A DNA stretch of 64,000 nt from Escherichia phage vB_EcoM_JS09. This document shows positions 17,197 to 27,111 of the stretch, piece by piece. The notes beneath the pieces are model-generated. The model had not been told where the DNA came from and did not search any database. It saw only the letters and a list, made by a program, of their open reading frames with translations. The DNA is taken from the sequence record NC_024124.2; one strand, 5' to 3'. Made by a program: the position numbers and the translations under genes. Numbering within the stretch: position 1 is the stretch's first letter; every line of letters starts with the position of its first letter.

Positions 17197-17361
17197 ATGC
17201 TTTACGATTATACTGGAAAATCTGAAGACGGTGTACTTGAACTTTTACCTGAAAGCGCTGAAGATGATATGGTAGTGATGTTTTGTGTTGGTTGTCAATC
17301 AATGCGTGATGAAATTTTTAAACGTGAACCAAGAAACTGTTGGCACAGGAGCATGAGATGA
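17197..17361 (+). CDS. hypothetical protein (54 aa), paralog of 17453
   Basis: ORF track trimmed; begins MLYDYTGKSEDGVLELLPE. Confidence 0.5.
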   Translation: MLYDYTGKSEDGVLELLPESAEDDMVVMFCVGCQSMRDEIFKREPRNCWHRSMR

Positions 17362-17452
17362 TTTATTATCTTGAACCTTGGGCTTGGTTAACAATGGCTG
17401 TAGGACCTGTTTTAATTGGTTTATTCTTTTCATGGTTAGCGAGGAAACTGTA
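17358..17452 (+). CDS. possible hydrophobic micro-protein (31 aa)
   Basis: Not in ORF track; MIYYLEPWAWLTMAVGPVLIGLFFSWLARKL fills the gap and is start/stop coupled on both sides. Confidence 0.3.
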
Positions 17453-17668
17453 ATGTTATATGACCCAAGCGGCAATTTTGAAAATGGTGTGATTGTTCTG
17501 GAGCCTGAGCATCCAGTTGGTGACGTATACCGCCCAGTTGAAGTATGCGAATGTAATTTTGTTAAAGGTAATACTGGCGGAATTTCCATTGAGCAAGACG
17601 ATGATGTTATTTACCTGGATGCAAGCCAAGTAGAAGCTCTTTATAGCATTTTAAAACACAATCGGTAG
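17453..17668 (+). CDS. hypothetical protein (71 aa), paralog of 17197
   Basis: ORF track trimmed to ATG at 17453 after GAGGAAA; begins MLYDPSGNFENGVIVLEPE. Confidence 0.5.
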   Translation: MLYDPSGNFENGVIVLEPEHPVGDVYRPVEVCECNFVKGNTGGISIEQDDDVIYLDASQVEALYSILKHNR

Positions 17669-17725
17669 TTTACAACTTGGTAGGACTATGTTATAGTAGT
17701 CCTACCAAAACAAATGGAGAACAAA

Positions 17726-17836
17726 ATGAAACTTTTGCTTATCGTTTATGTTATAGTACAATACAATTATCCAATGTTTACTTATAACATGGTAAATGGC
17801 ATAGTGAATCTTATTGAAACGAGTATGGTAAAATGA
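17726..17836 (+). CDS. possible hydrophobic micro-protein (36 aa)
   Basis: Not in ORF track; GGAGAA upstream. Confidence 0.3.
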   Translation: MKLLLIVYVIVQYNYPMFTYNMVNGIVNLIETSMVK

Positions 17837-18012
17837 CACGTGAACAAGCTAATAAATTGATGGACCTTATCCATGACTTACGTGAAGCCGATTCAGATTT
17901 GAATAATGTAGCTTATCATGCGGTAAATGATAACGGAGACTTTTATGAAAATCAGGTTGACGCTTGCCAGAATGCTTTGGTGAATTTTGTTGAAACTTTA
18001 ATTGGTGAATAA
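17833..18012 (+). CDS. hypothetical protein (59 aa)
   Basis: Not in ORF track; ATGA overlap; ends at TAA immediately before the next gene. Confidence 0.45.
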   Translation: MTREQANKLMDLIHDLREADSDLNNVAYHAVNDNGDFYENQVDACQNALVNFVETLIGE

Positions 18013-18013
18013 T

Positions 18014-18544
18014 ATGAAAACCGTAATTGAAACAACCGAGTTGTTTGGTGATTTATGTATCGAAAAACGTGGGTATGTGTATGTTCTGACACAAGAAGAT
18101 GATGCTGCTACTATTCTTCCTATGGAACTGGACAAGATTTTGAAACTCAATCCACCAGGCCATGCATCTGTAATTAACATTGATGAAGACCTTCAAGTTC
18201 GTTTTTATCACGGACTTTATAGTGGGGTTAATATCGAAACTGAAGACGAATGTTTTTCTATTAATAATTGGAAAACATTCGTCACTAAAGTGAAAGAATT
18301 CATGGAATCTGAAACAGCCAAAAAGGCCAAACTTCAATGGGCTAAATGTCGTAATGCTTTTATTACAAATCAGGACCGCCCTGACTATACAACAGTCCTA
18401 GGCGTTAATCCTTCTTATGAAGATGGTGATGTCGTAGTTATTCGTCAAATTGACGACCTTCGTCAACATATCGTTACATTAGACAAAGATGAAGCAGTTG
18501 CTCTTAAAGCTTATCTTGATTCTATTATCCCGACTTTGAAATAA
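18014..18544 (+). CDS. hypothetical protein (176 aa)
   Basis: ORF track trimmed to ATG at 18014. Confidence 0.6.
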   Translation: MKTVIETTELFGDLCIEKRGYVYVLTQEDDAATILPMELDKILKLNPPGHASVINIDEDLQVRFYHGLYSGVNIETEDECFSINNWKTFVTKVKEFMESETAKKAKLQWAKCRNAFITNQDRPDYTTVLGVNPSYEDGDVVVIRQIDDLRQHIVTLDKDEAVALKAYLDSIIPTLK

Positions 18545-18553
18545 GGAATTATT

Positions 18554-19027
18554 ATGATTATCAATGAAAACTCTTGGCACTTTAAAATTTATGCCATGTT
18601 CAATAGTACATGGAATCGTCCGAAAACGTTGTGTGCTTATTTTTGGAAAACGTTTATTCCGGTATTAGCTGTTTCAATTGTTGGATTTGCAACTTTAGCA
18701 GGTGCCGCAATCATTGGCCAAGAAATTTTAACTAAGTTCTTTGTCTTTAGTAGTTTATGGACATTAGTTCCTGCTTCAATTGGTATAGGCATTTTAACAA
18801 TATCAGTAATGGTTCTTATTGCTGTCGGGTTGGTAATTGGTCCGTCTTGGTTGTTAGACAAATATAACGACAGAAAATATTATAAAGAAATTGAGCTCAT
18901 TGCGCAAAACCAAGAACGAATTAAAAATGGACTTGAGCCTATTGAACGTAAGAAATCATTAATAGGCGAATACCTTAAAGCTCGTAAAGAAAAAGTCTGT
19001 CCTACTCTTGAATATAAGGCTAAATGA
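18554..19027 (+). CDS. membrane protein (157 aa)
   Basis: ORF track; AAGGAA upstream; several hydrophobic helices. Confidence 0.6.
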   Translation: MIINENSWHFKIYAMFNSTWNRPKTLCAYFWKTFIPVLAVSIVGFATLAGAAIIGQEILTKFFVFSSLWTLVPASIGIGILTISVMVLIAVGLVIGPSWLLDKYNDRKYYKEIELIAQNQERIKNGLEPIERKKSLIGEYLKARKEKVCPTLEYKAK

Positions 19028-20013
19028 TGAAAACGATTGTTAAGGCTTACTTTGGTAGCCACCTTTATGGAACGTCTACTCCTGAATCTGACGTCGATTT
19101 TAAAGAAATTTATGTCCCTCATGCTCGTGATATCTTGACCGGTAACGTTAAAGAACATATGAGCAAGAACACGAATAACACATCTTCTAAGAACACAAAA
19201 GACGACGTGGACCATGAGTTGTATAGTCTCAAATATTTCTTTAAACTAGCTGCGGATGGTGAAACCGTCGCATTAGACATGCTTCACACTCCACAAAGTC
19301 TAGTAGTTAAATCTGATTTGCCTGATGTATGGAAGTATATTCAAGATAACAGGTCTCGTTTCTATACCACTAACATGAAATCTTATTTAGGGTATGTCCG
19401 TAAGCAAGCTTCCAAATACGGTGTCAAGGGTTCTCGACTGGCTGTTCTTCGACAAGCCCTTAAACGTTCTAATGAATGGGGACAATACTTTGATAATGGT
19501 GCAGTAATTCGTTTATCACATATGAAGAATGTTCTGCCTGTAGGTGAATTTGCTTCGTGGGTTGAAACCGAAAACGAGAAAACAGGTAAGCAAACATTCT
19601 ATAATCTGTTAGACCGTAAATTCCAAGATACGTTAACCAATAAAGAGTTCAATGCCATCCTGGTTAAACTGGAAGAGAACTATGGTGAACGTGCTCGTAA
19701 GGCAGAAGCTAACGAAGGTATTGACTGGAAAGCATTGAGTCATGCATGCCGTGGTGGACTTCAATTATTGGAAATTTACAAAACCGGTGACTTGGTTTAC
19801 CCACTTCAGGATGCTCCATTTATTCTCGATGTTAAGCTTGGTAAACATACGTTTAAAACTGTACAAGAATTCCTGGAAGACATTGTTGACCAGGTAGAAC
19901 AAGCATCAGAACAAGCCGCTAAGAACGGTATGCAACAAAAAGTAGATATGAGTTTCTGGGATGATTTCCTTGAGCAAGTCTATCTCGAAAATCATAATTC
20001 TTACTATAAATAA
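19024..20013 (+). CDS. nucleotidyltransferase-fold protein (329 aa)
   Basis: N-terminal AYFGSHLYGTSTPESDVDFKEIY fits the Pol-beta NTase motif; ATGA overlap. Confidence 0.6.
   Translation: MMKTIVKAYFGSHLYGTSTPESDVDFKEIYVPHARDILTGNVKEHMSKNTNNTSSKNTKDDVDHELYSLKYFFKLAADGETVALDMLHTPQSLVVKSDLPDVWKYIQDNRSRFYTTNMKSYLGYVRKQASKYGVKGSRLAVLRQALKRSNEWGQYFDNGAVIRLSHMKNVLPVGEFASWVETENEKTGKQTFYNLLDRKFQDTLTNKEFNAILVKLEENYGERARKAEANEGIDWKALSHACRGGLQLLEIYKTGDLVYPLQDAPFILDVKLGKHTFKTVQEFLEDIVDQVEQASEQAAKNGMQQKVDMSFWDDFLEQVYLENHNSYYK
20005..20012 (+). promoter_or_regulatory. T4-type late promoter box TATAAATA
   Basis: Exact TATAAATA about 33 nt upstream of the 20045 start. Confidence 0.45.
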
Positions 20014-20044
20014 GTAGATAAATAACTCTTAACTTGAGGTAAAT

Positions 20045-20311
20045 ATGAAAAAATTAGTAATTGGTTTATTCGCAGTAATGATGGCATTCTCTGTTGGTGC
20101 TACCACAGGTACAGGAGCCGGTGGTAACCAGTCTTCTGGGCCTTCCAACGGTTCGGTAAATGCATCACATTCTCAGGGTATTGAGAATATCAAATCAAGC
20201 TATATTAATAGCACGGCCGGACAAGCAACTGAAGCATGGTCAAAGGGACGAGTAGTTACTCGCTCCGTATTCTGTGATATGCCTAATTATGTTGCTAAGT
20301 GCGATAAGTAA
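20045..20311 (+). CDS. secreted Gly/Ser-rich protein (88 aa)
   Basis: Signal peptide MKKLVIGLFAVMMAFSVGA; GAGG upstream. Confidence 0.6.
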   Translation: MKKLVIGLFAVMMAFSVGATTGTGAGGNQSSGPSNGSVNASHSQGIENIKSSYINSTAGQATEAWSKGRVVTRSVFCDMPNYVAKCDK

Positions 20312-20315
20312 ATGC

Positions 20316-20335
20316 GGGGACCTTCGGGTCCCTTT
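20316..20335 (+). terminator. intrinsic terminator with TTCG loop
   Basis: GGGGACC-TTCG-GGTCCC followed by TTT. Confidence 0.65.
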
Positions 20336-20430
20336 AGGGGGTTAAAATATTTTTAAAAAAGTAGTGTACATGCTTTTAGGATATGTTATTATAGACCTAT
20401 CGAAACGAAATGAGTAAATTGGAGAATAAA

Positions 20431-21411
20431 ATGTTCAACGTTCAAATCAAAAAAGGTATCTATCGTAATAACGAAATCTCTGGTTCTTATGTTGCCACAA
20501 AGACCTGGTTCCCGGCAAAGCTTAATCCTGAATGTTCCCACTTAGGTGATGGTAAAATTTTCGTTATGATTGATGGTTCTGAACGTGGAGTATGGGTCTT
20601 CAAATCAGACATCGTAATGGAAGGAGTTGAGACGTCACCAGTTGCAGTTGTTGAAAGCACTGAAGATATGAAAACTCGTATCAACAAACGCTTTAAAGTA
20701 ATGAACATGATGACGAATGGCATTATCGATGGCAAAATTCGTTCACTCATTATTTCAGGTGCAGCTGGTATTGGTAAGACGTATTCTCTGGATAAAGCAC
20801 TTAATAATGCTAATGATAATGGTTTCATCAAATACAAAAGCATTAATGGTAAAATCTCCGGTATTGGCCTTTACGAACAACTTTGGCTCAACCGTGATGC
20901 AGACAGCGTTCTCTTAATCGACGACGTTGACGTATTCTCAGATATGGACATCTTGAACCTTCTTAAAGCAGCATTAGATACTGGAGATAAACGCAAAGTT
21001 TGCTGGAGCACTGCGTCATCTTATCTCGATGATAAGGGTATTGATAAAGAATTTGAGTTTGAAGGTACTATCGTTTTCATTACAAACGTTGATATCGATA
21101 AAGAGTTAGAACGCGGTTCGAAACTTGCCCCACACCTTCAAGCTTTAGTATCTCGTTCAGTGTATCTCGACCTCGGAGTACACTCTAATGAAGAGATTAT
21201 GGTTCGAGTTGAAGATGTAATATTATCTACTGACATGATGCAGAAACGTGGTCTGACTGATGCAGAAACGTATAAAGCATTGTCCTGGATGAAGGCTAAC
21301 GTATCTCGTCTTCGCAATGTATCATTACGTACGGCTCTTTATGTAGCAGATTTTATTTCAACTGATAAAGATGGTTGGGAGGAAATCTCTGAAGTAACTT
21401 TACTGAAATAA
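20431..21411 (+). CDS. AAA-type ATPase (326 aa)
   Basis: Walker A LIISGAAGIGKTYS and Walker B VLLIDDVDVF; start trimmed to ATG at 20431 after GGAGAA. Confidence 0.7.
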   Translation: MFNVQIKKGIYRNNEISGSYVATKTWFPAKLNPECSHLGDGKIFVMIDGSERGVWVFKSDIVMEGVETSPVAVVESTEDMKTRINKRFKVMNMMTNGIIDGKIRSLIISGAAGIGKTYSLDKALNNANDNGFIKYKSINGKISGIGLYEQLWLNRDADSVLLIDDVDVFSDMDILNLLKAALDTGDKRKVCWSTASSYLDDKGIDKEFEFEGTIVFITNVDIDKELERGSKLAPHLQALVSRSVYLDLGVHSNEEIMVRVEDVILSTDMMQKRGLTDAETYKALSWMKANVSRLRNVSLRTALYVADFISTDKDGWEEISEVTLLK

Positions 21412-21549
21412 TCTTATAGGAAGTTCTGAGGTAACAAAAGCCATAAAGATGAATAATCATATGGCTTACCTCAAAGAAGGACACCAGGAACCTACTGAGG
21501 GCATAGAAATATTTAAAAATAATGATGTACAAATCAAAGAGGATATGTT

Positions 21550-21837
21550 ATGGATTTTATGCAAAAAATTAAAGCCGCAGTCGAACTCTATGCTCATCGT
21601 ATGGTTAGTTCTACAATGCAATATAGCGAGGAGGTTCGCCAGGACTCTTCCTTGAAAGGAAAAACTAAAGCCTTAATTACCTTAGATTGTTTGCAAAAGA
21701 ATGCCATAGAGATGCTCCAGTACGACAAGGGTGTATATAAGAAAGAACAGGAAGAGAAACTTAAATCTGAAAAATTACAAAAAATCCCGAAGTCTGTTTG
21801 GTTCAGTGGAAAAAATACCGAAAAAAGTTTCTTTTAG
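21550..21837 (+). CDS. hypothetical protein (95 aa)
   Basis: ORF track; AAAGAGGA upstream. Confidence 0.5.
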   Translation: MDFMQKIKAAVELYAHRMVSSTMQYSEEVRQDSSLKGKTKALITLDCLQKNAIEMLQYDKGVYKKEQEEKLKSEKLQKIPKSVWFSGKNTEKSFF

Positions 21838-21839
21838 TT

Positions 21840-21868
21840 GTTTACAAGGTCTATGATTATGTTATTAT
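21840..21868 (+). promoter_or_regulatory. T4-type early promoter with inverted repeat
   Basis: GTTTAC (21840-21845), 17-nt spacer, TATTAT (21863-21868); AGGTCTAT / ATAGACCT arms. Confidence 0.6.
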
Positions 21869-21895
21869 AGACCTATCAACTACTGGAGGTAAAAC

Positions 21896-22423
21896 ATGAA
21901 CGCTAAAGATATTTTCAACCTGGTAAATTATAACGACGGTAAATTTAAATCTGAAGCACAAAGCAAGTTCTTTAATGACGTTGCTTATGGTAACGAGATT
22001 ACCGTAGACGGAGGTCAGATTTTCAAATCTCGCTGGAATTGGATTGCTATCATCGATTCAGTTGGAATTGTGGAAGTCTACAAAAACACTAACAAAAAAC
22101 GTACATTATTCTGGTCTCGTGAAACTAACGAGCAGTACAAAAAGGATAAAGCATCTCGTTTATCCAAAGTAACCCAGGAAGATATCGAGTTTATCAAGAA
22201 AGATATCGAGATGTACGAAAATTTAATCGCTGAAGACCAGGCAGTACTCGATAAGTTTGATGAAATTAAAGCTTCTCGTGAAATCCCTGACTTCATGAAA
22301 GAAACAGTAAACGAACGATACGCTCTCACTTCAGAACGTATTGCAAACTATACAAAACAGAAAGCAGAACGTATTAGTACTCTTCGGAAATTTGAAGAAC
22401 GTTTAAAGACGGTTCACGCATAA
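21896..22423 (+). CDS. hypothetical protein (175 aa)
   Basis: ORF track; GGAGG upstream. Confidence 0.6.
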   Translation: MNAKDIFNLVNYNDGKFKSEAQSKFFNDVAYGNEITVDGGQIFKSRWNWIAIIDSVGIVEVYKNTNKKRTLFWSRETNEQYKKDKASRLSKVTQEDIEFIKKDIEMYENLIAEDQAVLDKFDEIKASREIPDFMKETVNERYALTSERIANYTKQKAERISTLRKFEERLKTVHA

Positions 22424-22485
22424 ACGCTTTACCCAAGGACGGGTTATAATGGTTTTGAGTTCCAATTCAATCTGAGGAAATAGTT

Positions 22486-23481
22486 ATGAGCATTACATCT
22501 GATGCGGTAAAACATGAAATTAACGGTTTATGTGCTTCACAGATTAAAGTGTGGTTTAAAGACCATAATGATCGCAGAGCACTTAATTATGAGCAAATTG
22601 CTATCCAAGTTCATCAATTATTGACTAGTAAATTTGATTTTCATATGCCGTCTGAAATCTATACTAATCTACCGCGAGCGCTTATTAAAGCGTGTAAAGG
22701 TTACGGAAAATCAATGGCCGATGGAATCTTCAGCGCGCTGAATAAACTTAACGTTCTGTCGATGATTAACTCTAATAACATCCTGCGTAATCTAGGACGT
22801 ACTGATTTGTTCGGTCGTGAACAGTGTAAAATGCCTTTGAAATGGATTGTTGCTCATCTTAACGAGAACCAAACACGTTTTATGGCCGTATCAGCACGCT
22901 TACAAATGGGCCTAGATCGTCAGATGAACTTTAAAACTCATCCACGTTATTCAGGTTCAACAGACTTTTATAAATGTGAGCTTCAAAAGGTTGCAGGTAA
23001 AACTGTCTTAGTAGTTCGTGTAACGTTTGAAGGACGACGTCAAGGATATTTTGACCTAATCGGCTCTGGTCTTAAACATTGTGGATTTATTGACGAAGTT
23101 GTTATAAAGCGAGACGGCATTGGATATCGTATTGGATATGTTTGTACTCTTAAAGAAGAGATTTCAGGTCCAGCACCAGGACTAAAAGACGTTAGATATA
23201 AAGACGAGCTCGTTGAAGAAATAAAAGAAGTTGAATATGATATCAACCAAGAAGATGCTCTTAAAGACCTTATTGATGAACTAAACCAAGACGTTATTCC
23301 GGTTCAAAAATTTGAATCAAAACATGCTGAGCAAATCAAATACTTTGAAGCTTTGATTAACGAACTTAATGTAACTATTCAACAGACTGATGATGAAATC
23401 TCACGATTAGCAGGCTTAAACGGTAAAAATAAAACAGAACGAGCTAATCTTATTCAAGTAGTAAAACTTCTTAAGGAATGA
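22486..23481 (+). CDS. hypothetical protein with C-terminal coiled coil (331 aa)
   Basis: ORF track; GAGGAAA upstream. Confidence 0.65.
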   Translation: MSITSDAVKHEINGLCASQIKVWFKDHNDRRALNYEQIAIQVHQLLTSKFDFHMPSEIYTNLPRALIKACKGYGKSMADGIFSALNKLNVLSMINSNNILRNLGRTDLFGREQCKMPLKWIVAHLNENQTRFMAVSARLQMGLDRQMNFKTHPRYSGSTDFYKCELQKVAGKTVLVVRVTFEGRRQGYFDLIGSGLKHCGFIDEVVIKRDGIGYRIGYVCTLKEEISGPAPGLKDVRYKDELVEEIKEVEYDINQEDALKDLIDELNQDVIPVQKFESKHAEQIKYFEALINELNVTIQQTDDEISRLAGLNGKNKTERANLIQVVKLLKE

Positions 23482-23536
23482 TGTACAACCAAGGATGGTT
23501 GGAGTATAATAAATTTTTCAACATGAGGAATATAAA

Positions 23537-24472
23537 ATGGCTTCTATTACACGTAGAGAACTTATCAAAGAATTTACCTCGAACGCATATACCCCAGGTC
23601 CTAATCCTATCCGTATGCCTGTAAAGACTCCTGAAGAGATTGAGGAAATCTGTTCATATTATGGGATTACTTCTCGTAAGTTTACTCAATTTGAATGCGT
23701 TACTAACACACCCGTTAAAGAGTTCATTAAAAATGGTGAGTTCAGCCGTTTATTAGCCAAACAGAAACTTCGTAATTTTTGTATTGGCGGTGAAGGACAA
23801 TATTTCGCTAAGCAGTTCAGGAATAACCTTAACAATCTGATGGCCATTGCTTCTCGTATTCGTCCTCAAGCAATTAACATGAAACATTTGAAATATACTT
23901 ACGATAAGTTAGAAATCATGGTTATCAGTGAGAACGAGTTCACTCTTACGTATAAACCTAAGAATGATAACGTTGCTCGTGTATTCCACCAAGCGTTGGA
24001 AGTGTTAGGTGATAATATCCACCAGATTAAAGCAATTTATTCTCGTGAGCTTAATATTATCAACCCTATCAAGAATAAGGGCCATATCGCTATCCAGGCT
24101 CGTGTATCTATTGGTAAAAAGGTTCCTGCGCCATGGTGGCACAAAGACTCTGAATACTATCAAAATCTTAAAAAGGAAAATGCCACGTTCGAAGCGTCAA
24201 TTACTACAACCCCAATTGGCAATGCTGAAGTTCAAGGTGCATATTTTACTGCTCCATCTATATACACTTCACCGTCGACTAAACTGGAAATCTCTAACGG
24301 TCTTCTTCCTGCCGAAGATTACCATTACAATCAAATCAAGGCCACTATGGACAAACTGTCTGTTGAACTTGACAAAGCACAAGCTAAGCTTCGTGATGCT
24401 CAAAGTGTTGTAACGAATCTCCAGTTGCAGTATTCTAAACTTTTTAACGCAATGAATGCATTAAAATCATAA
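23537..24472 (+). CDS. hypothetical protein with C-terminal coiled coil (311 aa)
   Basis: ORF track; GAGGAA upstream; preceded by promoter cassette TACAACCAAGGATGGTTGGAGTATAAT. Confidence 0.65.
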   Translation: MASITRRELIKEFTSNAYTPGPNPIRMPVKTPEEIEEICSYYGITSRKFTQFECVTNTPVKEFIKNGEFSRLLAKQKLRNFCIGGEGQYFAKQFRNNLNNLMAIASRIRPQAINMKHLKYTYDKLEIMVISENEFTLTYKPKNDNVARVFHQALEVLGDNIHQIKAIYSRELNIINPIKNKGHIAIQARVSIGKKVPAPWWHKDSEYYQNLKKENATFEASITTTPIGNAEVQGAYFTAPSIYTSPSTKLEISNGLLPAEDYHYNQIKATMDKLSVELDKAQAKLRDAQSVVTNLQLQYSKLFNAMNALKS

Positions 24473-24534
24473 AATAGTTTACAACCAAGGATGGTTGGAG
24501 TATAATGAATCTATCTTAACGAGAGGAAAATATT

Positions 24535-25485
24535 ATGACACGTTCACATTACATTGATTATTTTGCAGGTCTTATCGCTAACGTTCATGCTCAGCGCGCT
24601 ACTGGTGCACTAGGATTTGATGTTCCACACCGAGATGTAGTAAGTGGTATTCTTCGAGATTTTGGCACATACACAGGTCAAGAAAATCATATCTGTAAAG
24701 ATACTCAGAATGCGTATTCTCATTCATTAGGGACACTGCTTCATTGGTTCAAACGTTCTCGTTTATTATCTTCTACTGTGGCTCGTGATAACATTAAAAA
24801 CTTTATGAAGCCGAGCTTTATTAAATCTGTGACATCTAAAACTGATTTGGTTGAATTTACTATTATTAACGATGTTAAAAAGACTCATTTGGCTGATTGG
24901 TTATCTACCATTCCTGAAACTAAATTTGCTGATAAATTTGCTTGTGAATTCAATAACCAAGTGAATATGCTTTTTAAACATTCACGTAAATTATTCACAG
25001 GCGGTGATGGTCGTACAAATAAAGTTCATGTTAAAGATTGGGTTACTGCAGTATTCAAACCAACTGGTAATGGTAACGCATCATTGTCAATTGATATCCA
25101 GGTTCCTTATTACTACTCACGTAATCTCGGTACCATGAAAGCCGAAGAAATTAATAAGCGCAACAAAACCGTTCGTTCGCTGTCTTATAAACTTCGTATG
25201 ATGTTACAGACTATGGATGTTGTTGAAATGTTCAGCGAAACTGAAGATAATGGTTCAATGTTATTCAGTTCTCGTATTCAAATTAAGCTGAAGAACCCTA
25301 ATACGTATAAACCTAAGCCTATTAAAGAGCCTAAAGCAGAAAAAGTTGATAACTTAAGAGAAGAACGCGAATATCTCAAATCTCGTCTGAAAGAAGTCGA
25401 AGCCCAGATTGCAGAACAAACTAAATCGTTAAAAGCTCTGAATGCGAAAGCGGATGGCTTACGAAATGCCATTGAGGTGTTATAA
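24535..25485 (+). CDS. hypothetical protein with C-terminal coiled coil (316 aa)
   Basis: ORF track; GAGAGGAAAA upstream; preceded by an identical copy of the same promoter cassette. Confidence 0.65.
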   Translation: MTRSHYIDYFAGLIANVHAQRATGALGFDVPHRDVVSGILRDFGTYTGQENHICKDTQNAYSHSLGTLLHWFKRSRLLSSTVARDNIKNFMKPSFIKSVTSKTDLVEFTIINDVKKTHLADWLSTIPETKFADKFACEFNNQVNMLFKHSRKLFTGGDGRTNKVHVKDWVTAVFKPTGNGNASLSIDIQVPYYYSRNLGTMKAEEINKRNKTVRSLSYKLRMMLQTMDVVEMFSETEDNGSMLFSSRIQIKLKNPNTYKPKPIKEPKAEKVDNLREEREYLKSRLKEVEAQIAEQTKSLKALNAKADGLRNAIEVL

Positions 25486-25790
25486 TGAAACTACGTCTTT
25501 TAGAGGATATTGATATGAGCACTAATCATGGCTTGGTTAAGTTTATTGACGATAGTTCAAAGATTGAATTTGTTCAGCGAGATAAAATCCACGGTGAAGA
25601 AGAGTTCGTTCCTCCGGCATGGAACGAAATAATGAAAATGGTTGAACGACGTGAAAATGCTGCCAAATCGGCAGCAAAACATCCATGTCCGGAATGTGGA
25701 ACTATCCAAGTCCAACTGGTTAACTGGACCACTGATAACTTGAAATTGAAATGCCGTAAATGCTTCCACAAATTTGAGAGAACATTATAA
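25485..25790 (+). CDS. zinc-ribbon-like protein (101 aa)
   Basis: ORF track; CPECG ... CRKC pair. Confidence 0.5.
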   Translation: MKLRLLEDIDMSTNHGLVKFIDDSSKIEFVQRDKIHGEEEFVPPAWNEIMKMVERRENAAKSAAKHPCPECGTIQVQLVNWTTDNLKLKCRKCFHKFERTL

Positions 25791-26203
25791 TGAGATATAG
25801 CCTTCGTTGTTTTATCGCAGCTTTAGTTTTTGCTATTATTCCATTCATTTGGAACAGCCAGAATACTTACATGGAAACTAAAGTAATTCCTGTGGAGGTA
25901 GTGGAATTAATCTCAGGCCAATCTACAGGAAAATATTCTAAATTAGAATTTATTGCAGTCTATAAAGATGAGCAAGGACGAGTTTTTGACAGGCGTGTAT
26001 CGCCATCGTTTTATACGCTTCTGAATAAAGGTGATACGATAGCTATAGAAATTCGTGAGATGGATATCAAACAAACTACTAAAGATAACTTGATTTGGTT
26101 CTTTGGTACAGTGTTGTTGGTTTCTATCTGTATCACAGGTTTTATTACATGTATTGTATTTGGCATTGCATATTTAATCGATGAAAGGAAAAATAATGTT
26201 TAA
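25790..26203 (+). CDS. membrane protein (137 aa)
   Basis: ORF track; hydrophobic N- and C-terminal helices. Confidence 0.55.
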   Translation: MRYSLRCFIAALVFAIIPFIWNSQNTYMETKVIPVEVVELISGQSTGKYSKLEFIAVYKDEQGRVFDRRVSPSFYTLLNKGDTIAIEIREMDIKQTTKDNLIWFFGTVLLVSICITGFITCIVFGIAYLIDERKNNV

Positions 26204-26459
26204 AGTGTACGGGTACGACTCTACTATTCATAAATGCATTTATTGCGATAATGCGAAACGATTGCTGACTGTTAAGAAACAGCCATTCGAATTCATTAAT
26301 GTTATGCCAGAAAAAGGTGTTTTTGATGATGAGAAAATTGCTGAGCTTCTGGTTAAGCTTGGACGTGAATCACAAGTCGGATTGACTATGCCTCAAGTGT
26401 TTGCTCCTGATGGAACTTCGATCGGTGGCTTTGACCAACTACGAGAATATTTTAAATGA
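26196..26459 (+). CDS. nrdC: phage thioredoxin/glutaredoxin
   Basis: MFKVYGYDSTIHKCIYCDNAKRLL... matches T4 NrdC as recalled, including the CIYC active site. Confidence 0.9.
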   Translation: MFKVYGYDSTIHKCIYCDNAKRLLTVKKQPFEFINVMPEKGVFDDEKIAELLVKLGRESQVGLTMPQVFAPDGTSIGGFDQLREYFK

Positions 26460-26812
26460 CATATTCATTAAATCTTAAAGATTTCCAAGATGTATACGAA
26501 GTTTGTGCCAATGAACTTGGTCCTGATGCTCCAACTATTATTGAAGTTTTAAATGTGCTCCCTTCATCATTAGCTTACGAAGCCAAATCATGGGGTTGGA
26601 GCGACACTGTCGTTCGTGATGACCTTTACGTCCTGATGAACGATATGATGGTTAAAAAGGCAGAACCGGTTGCACCAATGGTTACCATTACCGTTGAAGA
26701 ATATAATCGCCTGCAAGCCATTGAAGAGCTTCTGTGGAACATTGAATGTGACCTGCCGTCAGGGCTAGAATCCTGGATTGATTATGAAGAGCTCAATAAA
26801 CTCCGGGGTTAA
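26456..26812 (+). CDS. hypothetical protein (118 aa)
   Basis: ORF track; ATGA overlap with nrdC. Confidence 0.5.
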   Translation: MTYSLNLKDFQDVYEVCANELGPDAPTIIEVLNVLPSSLAYEAKSWGWSDTVVRDDLYVLMNDMMVKKAEPVAPMVTITVEEYNRLQAIEELLWNIECDLPSGLESWIDYEELNKLRG

Positions 26813-26940
26813 ACCGTGGTATTCGGCTCGATGGGAGACAGTCGAGCCAGACGTCGAAACAGTTTACAATGACGAAGAAACGTGTTATGATGAACCTTCA
26901 ATAAATGAATTAATTGATATGGAAATGGGAAGAGATTATT

Positions 26941-27111
26941 ATGCAAGTTAAATTATTATACCGTTTATTAAAAAATGGCAAGCATGATTGGTATTTGCTT
27001 ATTAAAACCGATCCGAATTTTTTCTCTGGACAACCATTTACAGTTCGTCCTACTAAACGTCAGCTTCGCAAAGCTAAACGTTCTCATCGTAACTTTTATA
27101 GAGAATATTGA
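26941..27111 (+). CDS. small basic protein, RPTKRQ-motif family (56 aa)
   Basis: ORF track frame trimmed to ATG at 26941 after GGGAAGAG; C-terminus VRPTKRQLRKAKRSHRNFY. Confidence 0.45.
   Translation: MQVKLLYRLLKNGKHDWYLLIKTDPNFFSGQPFTVRPTKRQLRKAKRSHRNFYREY

Noticed and set aside
21449-21655. ORF 21449..21655
   Set aside because: Runs across a promoter-like cassette and overlaps the better-supported 21550..21837 gene in another frame.
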